Assembly: GCA_009602725.1 (NCBI GenBank)
Contig: WELB01000010.1
Location: 756,965-820,964, forward strand
Direction of reading: 5' to 3'
DNA length: 64,000 bases
DNA from: Spirogloea muscicola
Lineage: Eukaryota
Shown piece by piece: positions 63,198 through 64,000 of this stretch; the first letter of the stretch is position 1; each line of letters opens with the position of its first letter. The notes under the pieces were generated by a model that ran no database searches, was not told where the DNA came from, and saw only the letters and a list, made by a program, of their open reading frames with translations. A program made the position numbers and the translations under genes.

Positions 63198-64000
63198 CCT
63201 TGCCCTTGGTTAGAAGTTCCAGGTGTGCTGTCACCCAGAATTACCTTGAGCGTGCTTCATTGCATGCCCACCATTTTCACTTGATGCCCTTGCTATCTGC
63301 CCTCTTTCACCAGCCGTGACTTAGGAGGTCAGACGTGTGCTTGCGCAGGCTCTGGAGCTTCTGTATATACTGCTCAATTTGTAGACTTCATGGTTTATGT
63401 CACAAGCTGGTTATGCGTCTACAGCATCCTTAAAGGTGCAATTAGACGAGCTGTAATTGTAGCAAGCTAAGAAGAACTCCTCCCTATGAAAGGCAGAAAC
63501 GTTCCCAATTCTTTGTGGCAGGCACCGAGGCTGCCCACAATGATAGTCATATTTGGCAAGAAGCTGAGCAAGAAAGGAGTCAGACTGCTGTGCTGACCTG
63601 CCCCCTGAAGCATCAAGCAATTCTGGCTGTAGCTGTCGTAACATCTCAAAATGACGTGCTGTCTGCTTAGTTGTTGGCACCTCAAATAGCCGCCTCACTG
63701 CACTTTTTGCCGTCCTGTGCTGATCTGTGTCTGTCCTCCTGCCGCCCGGCACATCGTCATATGAGCTACTGCAATGCAAGTTGGGCTCCTGGGCGAGAAG
63801 TGCGGGACCAAGCAGACGCAGGCAAGTCCAAGTTTCTCAACCTAAAAGAAGGGCATTGTCTGTGATTGCAGCGGCATGCTCGGCACAAAGGTGACGCTGG
63901 GGCCCTTTAACAACCTGGTTGTGGATGTCTAAGAGCGGCAATAAATGCCAAGTGCGTCCACAGATGGGTGAAGGGGCGTTGCTACACTACTGAAGCCTCA

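Overview
Eukaryotic, intron-rich nuclear DNA. The gene content suggests a GC-rich streptophyte (plant-lineage) alga (inference). Eight spliced protein genes are recognisable: NOP53 (-), neurochondrin (+, 5' end hidden at an assembly N), NOL11/Utp8-like (+), a TBL12-like polysaccharide O-acetyltransferase (+), an RSL/group-VIIIc-like bHLH factor (+), two divergently oriented VPS10/sortilin paralogues (-/+), and between them a DM13-DOMON-DOMON-cytochrome b561 gene (+). Intergenic DNA is packed with stacked 3'-end fragments of CRE-like (restriction-like endonuclease) non-LTR retrotransposons that share a conserved 3'UTR motif, plus decayed Copia DNA. The most notable items are: (1) a 390-nt fold-back built from a Copia LTR end, half-tRNAiMet PBS and gag start, a candidate trans-silencing hairpin; (2) an RSL-like bHLH with the land-plant RSL intron pattern; (3) no in-frame AUG before the signal peptide of either VPS10 paralogue, with ACG/CUG candidates; (4) a degenerate TTTAGGG tract between a CRE fragment and the NOL11 start; (5) several GC-AG introns. 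All calls were made by eye, so exon boundaries and repeat limits are approximate.
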